NCBI GenBank assembly: GCA_038870975.1
Contig: JAVZJD010000001.1
Location: forward strand, 608,001-672,000
Reading direction: 5' to 3'
Source of the DNA: Candidatus Bathyarchaeia archaeon
GTDB taxonomy: Archaea; Thermoproteota; CALKCG01; B24
DNA: 64,000 nt
Numbering within the stretch: position 1 is the first letter of the stretch; each line of letters starts with the position of its first letter. The notes under the pieces were generated by a model. The model saw only the letters and a program-made list of their open reading frames with translations. It was not told the DNA's origin and made no database searches. A program made the translations under genes and the position numbers. Positions 1 through 9,349 of this stretch are shown here, in pieces.

Positions 1-186
1 ATAGACTTCCCTTAAAGCCGCCTCACGTACAGTTTCACCGAGCTCGATTAAACCGCCTGGAACAGACCATCTTCCTGAGCCTGGATTGAATCGACGCTTA
101 ATTAAGAGAACCTTACTTCCAGACTTAATAAAAACAGAGACTGCTACAACTGGTCTAACTGGATACTCTCTAGAGTTAAAAACCAT
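1..186 (-). CDS. NUDIX hydrolase (5' part; runs off the window start)
   Basis: Manual translation MVFNSREYPVRPVVAV...RWSVPGGLIELGETVREAALREVY contains the Nudix box GX5EX7RE. Not in the ORF track. Confidence 0.85.
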   Translation of the reverse strand, partial: MVFNSREYPVRPVVAVSVFIKSGSKVLLIKRRFNPGSGRWSVPGGLIELGETVREAALREVY

Positions 187-265
187 TTTTCAATCACAGT
201 ATTATAAACCCATCCTGAGTGAAAAACTTAATGAATATACTGTCTTAACTATAATGGGGTAAATA

Positions 266-1577
266 TTGGTCAGACTTTACGCCGATCTACATGTACATAG
301 TAGGTATTCAGCTGCAACAAGTAGAGATATGACGATTGAGGAAATCGATTTCTACGCTACTATGAAAGGACTTAACATAGTTGGCACTGGAGACGCTTTA
401 CATGGGTCTTGGCTTAAAGAACTTAAAAGTAAACTCACCGAAGTGGATGATTCTGGAATTTATAAAAGTAAGAGCGGAGGTTCAACACTTTTCATAGTTC
501 AAACAGAAGTTGCTACTATTCATGAGTATGAGGGGAAAACTAGGAGGATACACCACGTCATAACTATGTCAAACCTAGACAAGGCAGAAGAACTTAGAGA
601 AAAACTTAGAAGATATGGCGAATTGGATACAGATGGACGACCGATACTCTCAATTAGACCAGCTGAACTTGTGGAAATCCTCTTAGAGACAGATAGAAAC
701 ATTGTTATTTTCCCGGCTCATGCTTGGACGCCATGGTGGGGTATATTCGGCTCCATAAGTGGAGTCAATAAAATGGAGGAATGCTATGAAGATATGGCTA
801 AACATATAAATGCCCTTGAAACGGGTCTTAGCTCTGACCCATCTATGAACTGGAGGATTTCAGCTTTAGATAGATACACTCTTCTAAGCTTCTCAGATTC
901 TCACAGTCCCTATCCATATAGATTGGGCAGGGAGGCTACTGTCTTCAATTTAAAGGAGAAGACATACAGAGAAATTGCCGAAGCGATTAAAAATAAAGAC
1001 CCTACGAAAATAGTGATGACAGTCGAAGTTAACCCGGCCTACGGGAAAGGCTTTAAACCCCCCGATGTACCATTGGTCGGGCCATAGAAAGTGTGGCATA
1101 GGACCACTATCGCCTGAAGAGGCCTCTAAACTTAAATATAAATGCCCTATCTGCGGTAGAACGCTTACGAAGGGTGTTGAAAGCAGAATTGAAGAGTTGG
1201 CCGACCGGCCTAGGGGATTTAAGCCTTATAACGCCATACCGTATGTTTCAACATTGCCGCTCCATGAGCTCATAGCATTGTCTCATGGTTTAGACCCATC
1301 TTATGAGGGAGCGTTATCCACTAAGAAGGTTTGGGAAACCTATCGAAACTTAACATCGAAACTTGGAAGTGAATATTTCATCCTTCTGGAGGCTTCACGT
1401 GAAGATATTTTGAAAATCACAGATAACATGAAGCTGGTTGAACTTATAACTGCTCAGAGAACAGGCTCCTTAAGGATAAAACCTGGTTTTGATGGGGTTT
1501 ACGGTAGACTCGTATTTGAAGCAGGCGAAGATGTGAAGATGATTAAAGCTTCAAAGAAGCTGGAGGACTTTTTATGA
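266..1577 (+). CDS. endoQ: Endonuclease Q (PHP-domain DNA repair endonuclease), split by a 19-nt BHB intron; join(266..1047,1067..1577), 430 aa
   Basis: ORF 266-1087 has the PHP motifs DLHVHS, GTGD, HH, PAHAWTP, ETGLSSD, SDSHS and LGRE. ORF 1065-1577 has YHWSGHRKC, CPICG and PGFDGVYG. Removing 1048-1066 gives the continuous EVNPAYGKYHWSGHRKC. Confidence 0.88.
1048..1066 (+). other. Putative BHB-type mRNA intron (19 nt, AGGCTTTAAACCCCCCGAT) in endoQ
   Basis: 4-bp helix CGGG(1042-45)/CCCG(1061-64); 3-nt bulges AAA(1046-48) and ATG(1065-67); inner GG/CC stem; outer TA/TA plus a 7-bp helix CCCGGCC(1033-39)/GGTCGGG(1075-81). Canonical cuts restore the frame. Confidence 0.85.
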
Positions 1578-1706
1578 AATACTTTACGAAAGAAGCTGGA
1601 GGCCTTGGCGTTCATAGTGGATCACACCGATCGAACGGATTTTTAAGTGTAATCTTGTAAGAATACTTATTATACCGTCTCCAATTCTTCTCCTCTTAAG
1701 AGCAGG

Positions 1707-3437
1707 TTGACTTTAGAATTCGAAATTAAAGATCGGGATGCTGGAGCTAGACTTGGCAAAATTAGAGTTAAGGGGAAAACTGTTGAAACTCCTCTCTTTC
1801 TGCCGGTCTATAATCCGAATATACCTATTATACCTCCTGTTGAAATGAAAGAGAAGTATGGTTTTAAAGCGATAATGACTAATGCATATATAATATATAA
1901 AAACGAGGCTTTAAGAGAGAAAGCTCTTAAGAATGGTATACATTCTTTTTTAAACTTCGATGGAATAGTATTTACGGATTCAGGTGCATATCAAAGCTTT
2001 AAGAGTAGATTAGCATTAAAACAAGAAGAAATAATTAGTTTTCAAGAGAAAATAAACGTTGACGTAGGAGTCATGTTGGATGTACCATCTCGCGGCGAAA
2101 GCTTCGAGGAATGTAGGGAAAGCGTTATAGAAACCGCTAAACGGGGGGAGGAGTGGTCTACTTTAAGGTCTAAAGGTAGGATTGCTTGGGAGGGTGTTAT
2201 ACAGGGCGGAGCCTATCCTGAGCTTTTAGAATTATCGTGTAGACTTATGTCCAACTTCGACTTTGACGTATTCGCTGTGGGAGTCCCGCCGAAATATTGG
2301 ATGAGTTATAACTTCGAGTTCATAGCTATCCAGGGATTGAATAGCAGGATTAATATTTCCCCGGAAAAACCCTTACATGCGTTTGGAATGGGTAATCCGA
2401 TAGTACTGTCTCTTCTAACAGCGATAGGTTATGACATATTTGACTCTGCCAGTTATGCTATTTACGCTAAAGACGGAAGATATATGACTGAGTGGGGTGT
2501 TAAGCGAATCGAAGAATTAGACTACCTACCGTGCAACTGCCCTCAATGTTCAAATAGAGACCTAGGTGAAATTAGAAGAATGGCTAAAGATGAGCGTATA
2601 AACTTCTTAGCGAGGCATAACCTTTATGCAATATGTAGGGAAATAAACGCTATAAAACAAGCCATAAGAGAGAATAGACTATGGGAGCTTGTCCAGCAAA
2701 GGGCGAGAGCTCATCCAAAAGTACTTGAAGCCCTCATAAGAGCCTTCAAAGATGGTTGGAGCTACTTTAAAATGGTAGACCCAATAAGGAAGAGGTCTGC
2801 CCTCTTCTACTCGGGTGAAGAGACGAGTTTAAGACCTGAACTTAGAAGAGCATTGGAGAGAGTTAAGAAGAGGCTTGGTTCTGATAAAGTCCCATCAGCT
2901 TTATCCGAGGTCTATCCTTTCGGACAATGCATTCTTAAAAATGAGATTCTAAACTTTGATGGGAAGGAATACAGCGACTTGGAGAAAATTAGGATAATAG
3001 CAGACTACCAGTTTGGTTCAGAAGTTGGATCGAGGCTAATACCTGATGATGCATTTATAGAGAAAAGCAGGCGTACTGGCAGAATTAGACGCATATGGAT
3101 TGGGGATAAACTTATAGGAGCAATAAGGCCTAGTGATGGCTTCATAAGTTTGGGCTTAGAAGGCGCTCTTAGACTTAGGAAGATCTTACAGCCTCCAAAG
3201 TATAGGGTTTATGTAGATGAAGATTTAAAGCTTATCCAAACGGTTAAATCAGGCGGAGATGTTTTCTCGAAATTTGTTACTAAATGCGACCCAGAGATAG
3301 TTCCAAAGGAGGAAGTTATGGTGGTTGACCAAAGCGATTCGCTGTTGGCTGTCGGCCAAGCAGTTTTAGCGGGCTTTGAAATGGGTAAGTTTAGAAGAGG
3401 CATTGCCGTTAAAGTTAGGAGGGGGATTGAAGGGTGA
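1707..3437 (+). CDS. tgtA: Archaeosine tRNA-guanine(15) transglycosylase
   Basis: ETPLFLPV, TDSGAYQ, DIFDSASY, CNCPQC...HN zinc site and a C-terminal PUA domain. Confidence 0.92.
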   Translation: MTLEFEIKDRDAGARLGKIRVKGKTVETPLFLPVYNPNIPIIPPVEMKEKYGFKAIMTNAYIIYKNEALREKALKNGIHSFLNFDGIVFTDSGAYQSFKSRLALKQEEIISFQEKINVDVGVMLDVPSRGESFEECRESVIETAKRGEEWSTLRSKGRIAWEGVIQGGAYPELLELSCRLMSNFDFDVFAVGVPPKYWMSYNFEFIAIQGLNSRINISPEKPLHAFGMGNPIVLSLLTAIGYDIFDSASYAIYAKDGRYMTEWGVKRIEELDYLPCNCPQCSNRDLGEIRRMAKDERINFLARHNLYAICREINAIKQAIRENRLWELVQQRARAHPKVLEALIRAFKDGWSYFKMVDPIRKRSALFYSGEETSLRPELRRALERVKKRLGSDKVPSALSEVYPFGQCILKNEILNFDGKEYSDLEKIRIIADYQFGSEVGSRLIPDDAFIEKSRRTGRIRRIWIGDKLIGAIRPSDGFISLGLEGALRLRKILQPPKYRVYVDEDLKLIQTVKSGGDVFSKFVTKCDPEIVPKEEVMVVDQSDSLLAVGQAVLAGFEMGKFRRGIAVKVRRGIEG

Positions 3438-4135
3438 AGACGAAGAGCTTCATCAAATTTTTTGATACTCCTGAGCTTGAAAATCCCATCCTTATAGAGG
3501 GGCTTCCAGGAATAGGTTTAGTTGCTAGCTTAGCCGCACACTATATTATAGAAAAGTTTAAAGCCAGTAAATTCTGCGACATTAAGTCGCCCTTCTTTAA
3601 GCCCATAGCTATTGTTGGCAGAAACGGTTATCTGAGACACCCAATAAGTAGCTTATTTTATGTTAAGATGCCGTCTGATGCCAGAGGAGACCTTATAATA
3701 CTATATGGAAATAGTCAGGCGTCTACATTTACAGGTCAAAATGATTTAGCCGAGACAATTATAGATTTAGCTTCCAAGTTTAGATGTAGTACCGTTGTGA
3801 CTCTTGGTGGATTTTCAACATTAACACCGTCAAGTCCACCCAAAGTTTACTATGCTACAAATTGCTTAGAGTATTCTTCAATATTTAGAGACATGGGTCT
3901 ACCGAAGTTATCTGGACGGGTATATGGAATAGCCGGAGTTTTAGCTGGTTTAGCTAAGCTTAGAGGAATGCGAAGTATCTGCCTACTTGGAGAAGTTAAG
4001 AGTGGAGAATTAGGTCGAGAAGCAGCAGAAGAAATTCTAAAAGTATTGAGTGTTTTTCTAAACTTCCATATTGAGCTAGCTAATTTAGAAAAATGTCTAG
4101 ACCACGTAAAGGAGGATGCTCTCGGTTTAGTATAG
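3434..4135 (+). CDS. Proteasome assembly chaperone (PAC2) family protein
   Basis: ILIEGLPGIGLVASLAA N-terminus; VVTLGG; GIAGVLAGLAKLRGM..CLLGE. Confidence 0.85.
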   Translation: MKTKSFIKFFDTPELENPILIEGLPGIGLVASLAAHYIIEKFKASKFCDIKSPFFKPIAIVGRNGYLRHPISSLFYVKMPSDARGDLIILYGNSQASTFTGQNDLAETIIDLASKFRCSTVVTLGGFSTLTPSSPPKVYYATNCLEYSSIFRDMGLPKLSGRVYGIAGVLAGLAKLRGMRSICLLGEVKSGELGREAAEEILKVLSVFLNFHIELANLEKCLDHVKEDALGLV

Positions 4136-4139
4136 TTTG

Positions 4140-4574
4140 CTATTCCGCTACTTCTCTAATGAACTCTTCATAAATCTTCTGAACTCTCTCAGCAGCTGGA
4201 CCTGAACCTTCAATTACTCCTTTCTCCGTGACCCTTATCTTATCCATAACTACTATTACACCCTGATCCTCATACAATTTGACGAGCCTTGGGAAAACTC
4301 TCTCAAGTCTTTCAGCCAGATTTCTGAGGCTTAAAGGTTTTTCAGACGTGTATACCTGTGCTATAATTCCACCACTTATTATAAGCCTATACATAACTGT
4401 TCCTTTTTCATCTCTAGCATCTCGAAGCGATAGATTCAATCTATCTGGATCGAAACCCGTTAAAATTCCCGTGTATTTTTTCCCATCTATTGTAATAACG
4501 GTGACGTTTTTATTTAATAAAGAAGCCATCTCTTCTGCAAACTTGCTTCTAGATACTAAGCTCACTTCCGACAC
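4140..4574 (-). CDS. Lsm/Sm-like RNA-binding protein with C-terminal extension (SmAP3-like)
   Basis: Sm1 motif LNKNVTVITIDGKKYTGILTGFD..NLSL plus a C-terminal domain ending GPAAERVQKIY. Confidence 0.85.
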   Translation of the reverse strand: MSEVSLVSRSKFAEEMASLLNKNVTVITIDGKKYTGILTGFDPDRLNLSLRDARDEKGTVMYRLIISGGIIAQVYTSEKPLSLRNLAERLERVFPRLVKLYEDQGVIVVMDKIRVTEKGVIEGSGPAAERVQKIYEEFIREVAE

Positions 4575-4727
4575 CCTTGAAATACTTATTAGAACATCTC
4601 AGTAAATTAAGAGTTATCCTACGACTCCATATAGAAGTCTCTCAGCTTTAAAACCAGCTTGTCTTTAAACAAAGAAGAGTTCGAATAAAATTTAAGGGCT
4701 TGAACAAGCACATATTACCAGATACAT

Positions 4728-5003
4728 TTGGGTAGGAGAAGAAGAAGGAAAGTTTTACGGACGTTTAGAAGAATTATACCAAAGGTTTTCACATGTCCAA
4801 TATGTGGGAGAAGGACAATAACCGTGCGGATAATTAGAGAGACAAATATTGCACATGTAGCATGCGGATCGTGTAAAATATCGGGCGATGTTGCACTCTC
4901 CGAGGGTATGACTGCTGTCGACGCGTATTGTACATGGTATGATGAAGTCGTGTCTGGGAAAGGGTCTGAAGAGGTTAAACAGGTAAGCTCTGAGGGGGTT
5001 TAA
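4728..5003 (+). CDS. elf1: Transcription elongation factor Elf1
   Basis: MGRRRRR...PKVFTCPICG...CGSC...VDAYCTWYD zinc ribbon. Confidence 0.9.
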   Translation: MGRRRRRKVLRTFRRIIPKVFTCPICGRRTITVRIIRETNIAHVACGSCKISGDVALSEGMTAVDAYCTWYDEVVSGKGSEEVKQVSSEGV

Positions 5004-5045
5004 ATTCATACAATAGTGTATGGATGATGTAACCGGAGGCATACT

Positions 5046-5831
5046 ATGACCGTCAAATTGGGGAAAGTCGAAAAGTATTTGATTAAGAGGATTGATGAAG
5101 AGGGGGCTCTACATGTACCATTAATAGACCCTGAAAACGTTTCGCCAGAGAGAGCTGCTGAAATAAGCGTTATCGCTGAAAAAATGGGATCAGCAGCTAT
5201 AATGGTGGGTGGATCAACCGTTGCTTCCACCAGTAAATTAAACGATGTTATAAAACTTATTAGAGAAAAAATTTCAATACCAACGATACTATTTCCAAAC
5301 AATCTTTCAGGCATAAGTCCATATGCAGACGCCATATGGTTTATGTCGCTTCTAAACTCGTTAAATCCATACTACATAATAGGTGCACAGGTTTTAGGCG
5401 CCTCCGCCGTTAAAGAGTATGGATTAGAGCCGCTTCCTCTCGCATACTTAATCATAGGAGACGGGGGTGCGGCTGGATACATCGGCCAAGCCCACCCAAT
5501 ACCTTACGATAAACCCGAGATAGCGGCGTTATACGCATTAGCCGCCCAGTATCTCGGTATGAGATTCGTATATCTTGAAGCAGGATCTGGAGCGAAAAAT
5601 CCAGTTCCAGTTGAAATGGTTGCTTTAGTTAGAAAAACCATAAGCATCCCCATTATAGTTGGTGGTGGTTTAAGGCATCCAGATGCTGTAGAAGAGAGGG
5701 TTTACGCTGGTGCTGATATAATCGTAACTGGGACGGTGGTGGAGACGTCCATGGACGTCGAGAGCTCACTACGACTCTTCGTAGATTCTGTGAAGAGAGG
5801 TTTCAAGAGAAGATGCGAGAGGCAGATGTAA
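5046..5831 (+). CDS. Geranylgeranylglyceryl phosphate synthase
   Basis: LIDP, VGGS, FMSLLNS, YLEAGSGA and GGGLR motifs. Confidence 0.92.
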   Translation: MTVKLGKVEKYLIKRIDEEGALHVPLIDPENVSPERAAEISVIAEKMGSAAIMVGGSTVASTSKLNDVIKLIREKISIPTILFPNNLSGISPYADAIWFMSLLNSLNPYYIIGAQVLGASAVKEYGLEPLPLAYLIIGDGGAAGYIGQAHPIPYDKPEIAALYALAAQYLGMRFVYLEAGSGAKNPVPVEMVALVRKTISIPIIVGGGLRHPDAVEERVYAGADIIVTGTVVETSMDVESSLRLFVDSVKRGFKRRCERQM

Positions 5832-5832
5832 A

Positions 5833-8800
5833 TTGGAGCCTCAACCCGGTTTAAATTCATCAGACGAATATGAAGAATACTTTAAGACTATAGAGTTTCA
5901 ACTTAGAGCCCTTTACAATATTGCGCATGAAGCTAGGTCTAAAGGATTGGATCCAAATCCACAACCTGAGCCGAAACTCTCAAAGGATTTAGCTGAACGT
6001 GTAGAGTTTTTAGTTGGTCCCAAGGGAATTGCAGAGCGTATAAGGGAACTCAGTTCTACGATGAGTAGAGAGGCTTTAGCATTAAAGGTTTCAGAGGATA
6101 TAATCTATAAGGGCTACGGTAGATTAAGCCCAGAGAAAATTGCTGATCAGAGTTTAAGAACTGCTTTAGCCATAATAACTGAAGGTGTCACAGTAGCACC
6201 TGTTCAAGGAATATCAAAAGTTTCAATAAAAACGAATACGGACGGTTCTAAATACTTGGCTGTATATTTTGCAGGTCCTATAAGGCCTGCCGGGGGGACG
6301 GAACAAGCCTTCACAGTTGTAATAGCGGATTTTATTAGGAAAAAACTCGGGCTAGATAGGTGGAAGCCGTCTGAAGAAGAAGTCTTTAGACTCATAGAGG
6401 AGATTAGAACATATGAGAGGTTTATACGCCCCTTCCAGTATCAAGTTCCAGACAGCGTTTTAGAGAAGATAATTCGAAACCTACCCGTTGAAGTAACTGG
6501 TGTTGAGACAGACCCCGTTGAAGTAACATCTTACAGAGACTTACCTAGGGTCGAGACCAACAGAGTAAGAGGGGGAGCTTTGATAGTGCTTAATGACGGA
6601 TTGGCAGGTAGAGCTAGGAAACTTTTGAAGATTATAGAATCTCTTGGAATAGAAGACTGGAAGTGGATAGGGAATGTATGGAACTCCAATCAGAATGGAG
6701 GAAGCGTGGAAACCATAGAAACGATGTACCTTGAGGAGATACTTGCTGGTAGACCCGTCTTTGGATTTCCATCGAAATTCGGAGGATTTAGAGTAAGGTA
6801 TGGGCGTGCTAGGAATACTGGGTTTGCAGCACTAGGAATACATCCAGCAACCATGGTGATAGTTGATAGTTTCTTAGCAGTAGGTACTCAGATAAAAACT
6901 GAAAAACCAGGTAAAGCAGGCATAGTTGCATCAGTGGATTCTATAGAACCACCTATCGTTAAGCTCAAAGACGGTTCCGTTGTAAGAGTTGAGACAATTG
7001 AAGAAGCATTAAACGTCAAAGATAAGATTGATAAAATACTTTTTCTAGGGGATATTCTCATAAGCTTCTACGAGTTTCTTGAAAATAAGGCTAATCTACT
7101 TCCACCTGGTTTTACGGAAGAATTATGGAGTCAAATGCTCTTAAATAGTTTAAGAGAAAAATATGGATTAGACTACGAAAAGTTCAGTATAGCCTCTAAA
7201 ATATCTGTTAATAGGCTTAAAGCGTTTATAGAAGACCCGTTTTATACGAAGCCTTCACCTACCGAAGCTTTAACTATATCCCGTCTACTAGGAATACCCA
7301 TCCATCCGCGTTTTATTTACGCATGGGAAAATCTAACGTTTAAAGAGCTTAAACAACTGCGGAGGACCCTCTCAGAGGCTGAAATTGAATATGTTAATGG
7401 TATTATCAAACGATTGAGATTAAAGAACGATCAGATTATTAAAGACATTCTTGAGAGACTTCTTCTCCCCCACCGAGTGGCAGGAGGGTGGATAATCATA
7501 GAGGACGATGGCTACGTATTATATGAATGCCTAAAGCCCAATACGATGATAGATATAGACAGCTTGAATATAGACAACATTTTCAATGTAATATCTACGA
7601 TTTCAGGAGTTGAAGTTAAACCCAAATTCATAAGTTTCATAGGCGCCCGAATGGGTAGACCGGAGAAGGCCAATCGAAGACTCATGAAAACTTCAGTTCA
7701 CAGTTTATTTCCCATAGGTCTTGCGGGGGGATTTAGAAGAAACATAGTAGAAGCCGCCGAGAAAGACTTTGTAGAGGTTGAATTAGTCCACCGTAAATGC
7801 TCGACGTGCGGTTTTGAAACGTACAGACCAATTTGCCCTAGGTGTGGAGGTAAAACGACCGTTCAATATGGATGCCCAGCCTGTGGAAGACCATTGAGTG
7901 TAGACGCCGTATGTCCATCTTGTAAAACCCCTTCGTCTGCTTACAGGAAAATGCGTATAGCTCTAAAGAATGAATTGTATAATTCGCTAAGAAGCCTAGA
8001 TTCTCCAAAGCTGGAGACGATTAAAGGCGTTATTAAACTTATGAATGCTACTAGAACACCAGAACCCCTCGAAAAGGGAATATTGAGGGCCAAATATGAC
8101 CTGACGGTGTTTAAAGACGGTACCATTAGATTCGATATGACAAATGCTCCATTAACTCATTTCAAACCATCGGAGATAAATACGCCTATTCCCAAGCTTA
8201 AGGAGCTTGGATATTATAGGGATTTCAATGATAAACCACTTGAAAGCCCCGATCAAATATGTGAGCTTAAAATCCACGATATAATACTTCCAAAGAGCTG
8301 CGGTAAATATCTTGTGAAGGTGGCAAATTTCATAGATGAGTTGCTCGAAAAATTCTATAGGTTACCAACGTTCTATAACGTTAAAAACGAAAACGATCTC
8401 ATAGGGCACTTGGTTATTGGACTTGCTCCCCATACGTCAGTTGGCGTAGTCGGTAGAATCATAGGTTTTACCGATGCAAATGTATGCTTTGCCCATCCAT
8501 ATTGGCATGCTTGTAAGAGGAGAGATTGCGATGGAGATGAGGATTCCATTATGCTTGCTTTAGACAGCTTGATAAATTTCTCAGTTGAATATCTGCCAGC
8601 TCAAGTAGGGGGTTTAATGGATGCACCACTTATGATAACTTATAGGATTAATCCCTTAGAAGTTGACTCTGCGGTTCATAGTTTGGATGTTTCAGACAAG
8701 TACCCTATGGATTTTTACAGCATGTGTTTTAAAGAAGTCGACGCTAGGGAAGCTAAGGATTTAATAGAAATTGTTGAGAAAAGACTTAGCTCTAATATAC

Positions 8801-9306
8801 AGTTTAAAGGGTTTAAATACACACATCCTACAGCAACCATAGCCGGCGGAAATCTAAAGACGAGTTATAAAAAGCTTAAAACCATGAATCAGAAAATGTT
8901 AAGCCAACTCACTCTTGCGGATAAAATACTAGCGGTCGACGCCGCTAAAATCGCTGAGAAAATTTTGACAACGCATCTACTTAAGGATATAACTGGCAAT
9001 CTCAGAGCGTTTACATCTCAGACATTTAGATGTAAAGTTTGTAATACAAAATACCGTAGAGTACCTTTAAGTGGAAAGTGTAGAAGATGCGGCGGTAAGT
9101 TGATATTAACAGTTTTCAAGGGAGGTATTGAAAAATACCTTAAAATGGCTGAAAACATCATTGAGAAGTATAAACTTGGAAATTACTACCACCAAAGACT
9201 CATGTTAATAAAGGATGAGATATCTACGCTCCTAGTTAACGGTAAGACTGGCGCACAAGAAAGCCTAAGCAAGTTTATTCACGATTCAGAAATTAGAAGC
9301 ACTTAA
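5833..9306 (+). CDS. polC: DNA polymerase D large subunit DP2 (no intein)
   Basis: AGPIRPAGGT, LAGRPVF, RYGRARNTG, HACKRRDCDGDED catalytic motif and C-terminal zinc fingers. Confidence 0.97.
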   Translation: MEPQPGLNSSDEYEEYFKTIEFQLRALYNIAHEARSKGLDPNPQPEPKLSKDLAERVEFLVGPKGIAERIRELSSTMSREALALKVSEDIIYKGYGRLSPEKIADQSLRTALAIITEGVTVAPVQGISKVSIKTNTDGSKYLAVYFAGPIRPAGGTEQAFTVVIADFIRKKLGLDRWKPSEEEVFRLIEEIRTYERFIRPFQYQVPDSVLEKIIRNLPVEVTGVETDPVEVTSYRDLPRVETNRVRGGALIVLNDGLAGRARKLLKIIESLGIEDWKWIGNVWNSNQNGGSVETIETMYLEEILAGRPVFGFPSKFGGFRVRYGRARNTGFAALGIHPATMVIVDSFLAVGTQIKTEKPGKAGIVASVDSIEPPIVKLKDGSVVRVETIEEALNVKDKIDKILFLGDILISFYEFLENKANLLPPGFTEELWSQMLLNSLREKYGLDYEKFSIASKISVNRLKAFIEDPFYTKPSPTEALTISRLLGIPIHPRFIYAWENLTFKELKQLRRTLSEAEIEYVNGIIKRLRLKNDQIIKDILERLLLPHRVAGGWIIIEDDGYVLYECLKPNTMIDIDSLNIDNIFNVISTISGVEVKPKFISFIGARMGRPEKANRRLMKTSVHSLFPIGLAGGFRRNIVEAAEKDFVEVELVHRKCSTCGFETYRPICPRCGGKTTVQYGCPACGRPLSVDAVCPSCKTPSSAYRKMRIALKNELYNSLRSLDSPKLETIKGVIKLMNATRTPEPLEKGILRAKYDLTVFKDGTIRFDMTNAPLTHFKPSEINTPIPKLKELGYYRDFNDKPLESPDQICELKIHDIILPKSCGKYLVKVANFIDELLEKFYRLPTFYNVKNENDLIGHLVIGLAPHTSVGVVGRIIGFTDANVCFAHPYWHACKRRDCDGDEDSIMLALDSLINFSVEYLPAQVGGLMDAPLMITYRINPLEVDSAVHSLDVSDKYPMDFYSMCFKEVDAREAKDLIEIVEKRLSSNIQFKGFKYTHPTATIAGGNLKTSYKKLKTMNQKMLSQLTLADKILAVDAAKIAEKILTTHLLKDITGNLRAFTSQTFRCKVCNTKYRRVPLSGKCRRCGGKLILTVFKGGIEKYLKMAENIIEKYKLGNYYHQRLMLIKDEISTLLVNGKTGAQESLSKFIHDSEIRST

Positions 9307-9349
9307 ATAGTGAATTTTTCTTAAACCATGAGGAGCTAAAGACGGGTGG

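Noticed and set aside
1043-1064. Programmed ribosomal frameshift in endoQ (GGGAAAG, TTTAAAC and CCCCCC look slippery)
   Set aside because: The shift needed is +1, the heptamers are not in the X-XXY-YYZ phase for -1 slippage, and a shift would leave about 6 extra residues in a conserved motif. BHB excision restores it exactly.
4775-4800. TA-TACC-AAAGG in elf1 (and a similar minus-strand site near 51480) resembling the intron 5' signature
   Set aside because: No complementary 4-mer plus bulge follows, and the proteins are uninterrupted there. My scan for in-frame introns elsewhere was by eye and not exhaustive.
8500-8550. Intein at the usual DP2 site, or in Cdc6
   Set aside because: Both proteins read through their motifs without an insertion.
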